This document shows, piece by piece, positions 32,505 through 36,214 of a DNA stretch of 36,214 bases. Every line of letters begins with the position of its first letter. The stretch's first letter is position 1. Made by a program: the position numbers and the translations under genes. The notes beneath the pieces are model-generated. The model did no database searches, had not been told where the DNA came from, and was given only the letters and a program-made list of their open reading frames with translations. The DNA comes from a virus, in IMG/VR virus record IMGVR_UViG_3300021426_000046; one strand, 5' to 3'.

Positions 32505-34178
32505 CTAATTTATATTTTGGCCCGGCTCTAATTTACTGGCTGGGATTCTCACTATTCTACGCATACGCCGAAGCCGCGTGTTAGCCATATGTCTATCTAG
32601 GTACTCATACTGGCCATCCTGACACATAAGCAATCTATCCCCAAAATCCGCCGCTAGTGTCTTTGGAGAATTTGAAAACTTGTAACAACTGACATGAGGA
32701 AAAACCCAGTATGACAGCTCCGCACCACCGTGGACTAAACCATACCTCGTATCTAGCCAGCAATTCCCGTGGTACCTATAATCATCGATTACCCTATTGG
32801 AACCTTGCGTAATACTGAGAGCGCCGTAATAAGTAGAATCCTGTGATTTTAGTGTAGCGGAAAACCCGTCAGGCAGGGCCGTAGATAAATCATTTAACTC
32901 ATATATGCTCGGAAAGCGTGTGACCCGCGAAACGGCATTGTAGAACGTTCTTGTCGTTATCCCGTTGAGCCCGCTCGCGAACCCCGCTTGCGTGGCGCCT
33001 GTTATGTCCTCGTCGTCCCTCGGTATCGCGTATCTTACATAATACGAATAGGAACCGCCGTGATTGGTAAAATCGTTAAAATGCTCTTCGAATGGCACCC
33101 CTACCGGCCCGGCGCTCCCCGGACCGATAAAGGTACCGGCGTCCTCTGATACGTCGTAGGATACGACTTCAGGCTCCCACCCGGTCGTCGTGTAATATCC
33201 CCCTACCTCTTTATGATAATTCCTATGGACTACGGTGGCCCGGCCGGAGGAATCCAGTTTCACCGCGGCAAAAAGTCGTCCCACACTTTCCCAGTATTCT
33301 GTCGGGCCGCTGGGTTCTTCGTGTCCGGTCTGCTCCCCACTTAATGTAACTGTTTCATAACAGTAGACGATATCCGTTGCACCAATGAACGGTTCCCGGC
33401 TTATTATATCCCTGCTAAGAGTGGAGTATGTGTGGAATAACGGCCGCCCTACGGACTGCGGAACTGTATGACAAATGCTTAATCCCTGCACCGAAACCCC
33501 TACCAACAATTCCCAATTCCCTTTTTCGTCTGTAAATCGATAGTACAGATACTGTGACGAAAACAGACCGCCGAATTTATAATTGTCCGTGCCGGCTATT
33601 TTCACAAAATCACTGACCACCGCGTTGACGAAAATATTGTCTTTAATTGCAATAGTTTCGGACCGGGTGCCGAGGCTATTTTCGATAAGAATCTCGCTAT
33701 TGTTTGCGCTACAAATCTGTTCACCTTCCCGTACCGTTGCAATAGAATACCCAATCGGGGCTCCCTTATCGTTGGATAGAATTTCGGCGTCTATCACCGT
33801 CCGCTCCGGTGCTGATTTTTCAAGAAATAGACTGCGACCGTTATTTACTAAAAAAGAACTCGTTGTCATTGGCCCGATATGCTTAGGCTTTCGAATAGCG
33901 CGGTCCGTATAATATCCCTGATACCAGTTATCCGCCCCCCATGGCAATCCAATAAACGGAACGCCGGAAAAAGCGGCGGGTGGATTAACCTGCTCCCGTG
34001 GCGGCGTATGACCATAGGCCACCCGCCCATCTGTCCAAATCCGGTCCCCCGGTCTAACCTGCACATTTCCAATCGTCCGTAGTACCCGGCCGCCCGCTGT
34101 GATGGTACCGAGGCCGACGCTTTCAACCGTGGCCGGGTAAAGATACCGGATTGCGTTTGGCACATTGATTTTAGACAC
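32505..34178 (-). CDS. Tail-tip / receptor-binding candidate (557 aa), unknown family
   Basis: Last structural ORF before the lysis genes. GTG start overlaps the upstream stop. No motif recognised. Confidence 0.65.
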   Translation of the reverse strand: MSKINVPNAIRYLYPATVESVGLGTITAGGRVLRTIGNVQVRPGDRIWTDGRVAYGHTPPREQVNPPAAFSGVPFIGLPWGADNWYQGYYTDRAIRKPKHIGPMTTSSFLVNNGRSLFLEKSAPERTVIDAEILSNDKGAPIGYSIATVREGEQICSANNSEILIENSLGTRSETIAIKDNIFVNAVVSDFVKIAGTDNYKFGGLFSSQYLYYRFTDEKGNWELLVGVSVQGLSICHTVPQSVGRPLFHTYSTLSRDIISREPFIGATDIVYCYETVTLSGEQTGHEEPSGPTEYWESVGRLFAAVKLDSSGRATVVHRNYHKEVGGYYTTTGWEPEVVSYDVSEDAGTFIGPGSAGPVGVPFEEHFNDFTNHGGSYSYYVRYAIPRDDEDITGATQAGFASGLNGITTRTFYNAVSRVTRFPSIYELNDLSTALPDGFSATLKSQDSTYYGALSITQGSNRVIDDYRYHGNCWLDTRYGLVHGGAELSYWVFPHVSCYKFSNSPKTLAADFGDRLLMCQDGQYEYLDRHMANTRLRRMRRIVRIPASKLEPGQNIN

Positions 34179-34404
34179 CGACGACCACCGCCATTCTACC
34201 GCCGTCCGGGATAAGGCACCATACGGAATCCCCGTCCGCGAAATAGATATCCACGGCCGCGGTGTATGGCAAAACGCGGTTTCCTATAACCACGTTTCCA
34301 CCGCTGACAATACCGCGTTTTACTTTTTGATTTTGTGTTGTGACGTAGATAGCGCTTGTCACCATATTGCTGACCGCCTGTTTCATATTTCTTAAATCGA
34401 CCAT
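34171..34404 (-). CDS. Small tail protein (77 aa)
   Basis: ATGA overlap with the stop of the 1,035-aa gene. RBS GAGGTGG. The C-terminus GDSVWCLIPDGGRMAVVVGV is reminiscent of small OB-fold spike/XkdR-like proteins, but this is tentative. Confidence 0.55.
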   Translation of the reverse strand: MVDLRNMKQAVSNMVTSAIYVTTQNQKVKRGIVSGGNVVIGNRVLPYTAAVDIYFADGDSVWCLIPDGGRMAVVVGV

Positions 34405-36214
34405 CAATACCACCTCACAAATTCAAGAGTCTGCCGGTTTACAATAGTTTCCGTTCTTGTTGCGGTATTTGACCGCAAAAAATAGGTGTTTCCATGCCAA
34501 ATAATTCTGTCGTTGAAATCAACCAAATGCGAGCAATCATAGAGCTCCAACGTGACGGATTCCTCCGTCCTACGGTCAAGCCATTTTATCTGTTCTGTGA
34601 GATAAGATAATTTATCGTACCCGTTTACCGGGAAGGACGTATCTAAAAGCGCATACGCATTCAGGCGCGTCCGCTGGCCAATTTGCTCTTTGTGAGCCGT
34701 ATGGCCAGTAACTAAATAACGGTTCCCCTGTCCGTCGTAGACCGCCGGATAATAATTCCCGTATTCGTCATGAGCACCACTCACAAAAGCCTCTGAATAG
34801 CCGCCTGTCGTCATCTGCTGGTACCGATACGGGGATATGCGGTCGTCGAAGTTTGTGGATGATACTGTGGTTCCCAAAACGCCATCTTCATCCGCAGAAT
34901 AAACTTGCGACTGGCCATAACTAACAGGCTTATGATAAGTAGTTACTTCGTCCACACGCTGGTCCCCAATTATTGTGACCGTTTTTTCTTCGGATAAGAA
35001 CTTTTGCCCGCCGCCTAAATCCTCATACTTGTATGTAGTAATAACGCGCTCTTGGCCGCGGACAACTTCAGTTTCCTTTACAAGTCCATTATTATCGTGG
35101 ATAGCGCCGCCACCGCCACCGGGCGGTTCGAGTTCTTCTTCCGGCGGCCACGGTGTTAAATCTTCAGAATACCACGAGTTATAGAGGGGCTCAATTTCTG
35201 TATTATTATTCGGGTCGGATCCCCATGTCGTCCGGACCAGTTTTTTGGCAACCGTATGAACTGTCAGTTTTTTATCGTCCAGCGAAAATGTATTATTTTC
35301 GTGGCCACGCTGAACCGCGTAGATGGTATCCCCGCGCATATAACAATTAATCATTAAATGCGGCAAACGTGCTGTCCAGCCAAATAGTTCCTCAATCAAC
35401 CCGCCGTAGTTGGTTCCGGACTTCACGTCCGTTGACATTGTTGAAATCCAATCATCAAATTGTACGGCCACGGTCTTTCCGAGTGCTTGCGCGATAGCTG
35501 TTATGTGTGCACTTGCCGGAGCTGAGGGCATTTTGTTAATTTCCTCGTCTTGATGCTCCGCCTTGTAATTGTTATACGCCTCATTGTATTCGTAGGTCCA
35601 CTCAAAAGCGTTTTCCGGGATTGTATAGGCCATCTGCTGATACAGTATTTCGTCGATGTCGCAAGTGCATTGACAGGACACAAGGGTTCCCCGTTTACTG
35701 GTCTGTTCTACACGGGCCATTAAATTGTAGTCCCACGCATGAAAATTAACAGCCTCCATAATCCCAATATCGCCAGCCATAACAAAGGACACGTTGTCGG
35801 TTAATTGCTGTTCTTGCAGACCGACAGTTATACTCTGCAAAAAATCTGAGTTTCCGTTTATGTTATGCGGCAATTGACGCCATACGTCACAGCTGAAATC
35901 CACGGTTCTTAATAACACACGTTGGGCGTCAACACTCACCTCCACGGGGACTTGAACGTTCCTTTCCGTGTCGTAGTCACCCACAACCGGTATCACTAAC
36001 ACACGCTGAGTGTCGCATCTAATTGTAACTGTATTTTGTGATTTTCTTTCAATGTCAACGCTCAAACGCTCACTACGGAACAACGCCCTTTCCGCGTCAA
36101 CGGTAGTATCCACCGAAGTAACAAGAACACGGGATAGGTCAAAACCTACATCCACCGGGATTCTCTGCGATATAATTTGTCGTACGATATCGAATGTTTG
36201 CGTACCGGACCGCA
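34404..36214 (-). CDS. C-terminal part of the same wrap-around tail protein (track ORF 34404..36155 begins at an internal GTG)
   Basis: The frame stays open upstream of 36155 to the window end. Through the 127-nt overlap it is in frame with 1..1424. It lies downstream of the tape measure gene. It carries 14-aa DxxR repeats followed by a large C-terminal domain. Confidence 0.8.
   Translation of the reverse strand, partial: RSGTQTFDIVRQIISQRIPVDVGFDLSRVLVTSVDTTVDAERALFRSERLSVDIERKSQNTVTIRCDTQRVLVIPVVGDYDTERNVQVPVEVSVDAQRVLLRTVDFSCDVWRQLPHNINGNSDFLQSITVGLQEQQLTDNVSFVMAGDIGIMEAVNFHAWDYNLMARVEQTSKRGTLVSCQCTCDIDEILYQQMAYTIPENAFEWTYEYNEAYNNYKAEHQDEEINKMPSAPASAHITAIAQALGKTVAVQFDDWISTMSTDVKSGTNYGGLIEELFGWTARLPHLMINCYMRGDTIYAVQRGHENNTFSLDDKKLTVHTVAKKLVRTTWGSDPNNNTEIEPLYNSWYSEDLTPWPPEEELEPPGGGGGAIHDNNGLVKETEVVRGQERVITTYKYEDLGGGQKFLSEEKTVTIIGDQRVDEVTTYHKPVSYGQSQVYSADEDGVLGTTVSSTNFDDRISPYRYQQMTTGGYSEAFVSGAHDEYGNYYPAVYDGQGNRYLVTGHTAHKEQIGQRTRLNAYALLDTSFPVNGYDKLSYLTEQIKWLDRRTEESVTLELYDCSHLVDFNDRIIWHGNTYFLRSNTATRTETIVNRQTLEFVRWY
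36088..36214. repeat. Terminal direct repeat, right copy (identical to 1-127)
   Basis: Same comparison as the left copy. Confidence 0.9.

Overview
The window is a complete, circular temperate siphovirus-like genome. Nt 1-127 are identical to nt 36088-36214, so the unique length is 36,087 bp. The junction cuts through a 1,035-aa tail gene.

Translation signals are Firmicutes-like, with strong GGAGG-type ribosome-binding sites (RBS) and frequent GTG/TTG starts. Almost everything is on the minus strand as one long programme:
- Cro-like repressor, then early genes: XRE-like regulator, HUH Rep, ParA, ParB, an NrdD-type glycyl-radical mini-protein, a sigma-like regulator and Lar. A hicAB pair sits among these on the opposite strand.
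- A small promoter/terminator-delimited unit.
- HNH, TerS, TerL, portal, ClpP-like protease, HK97-type capsid, connectors, major tail, G/GT chaperone and tape measure.
- Tail-tip proteins (wrapping the junction), then holin and endolysin.

The plus strand carries the CI-like repressor and a large serine integrase. Between them lies an AT-rich accessory island (~24.85-28.8 kb, ~30-38% GC in lines I counted, against ~50% in one line counted elsewhere). It contains:
- small cargo genes separated by two truncated extra copies of the repressor 3' end;
- a par/Fst-like type I toxin-antitoxin architecture;
- a self-contained two-gene cassette: an unknown 216-aa protein plus a fused XRE-HTH/ImmA-IrrE metalloprotease. 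This is my best candidate for an undescribed system.

All family calls come from motifs read by eye. No database search, HMM or structure prediction was run. I recognised no tRNA, rRNA, CRISPR array or reverse transcriptase.
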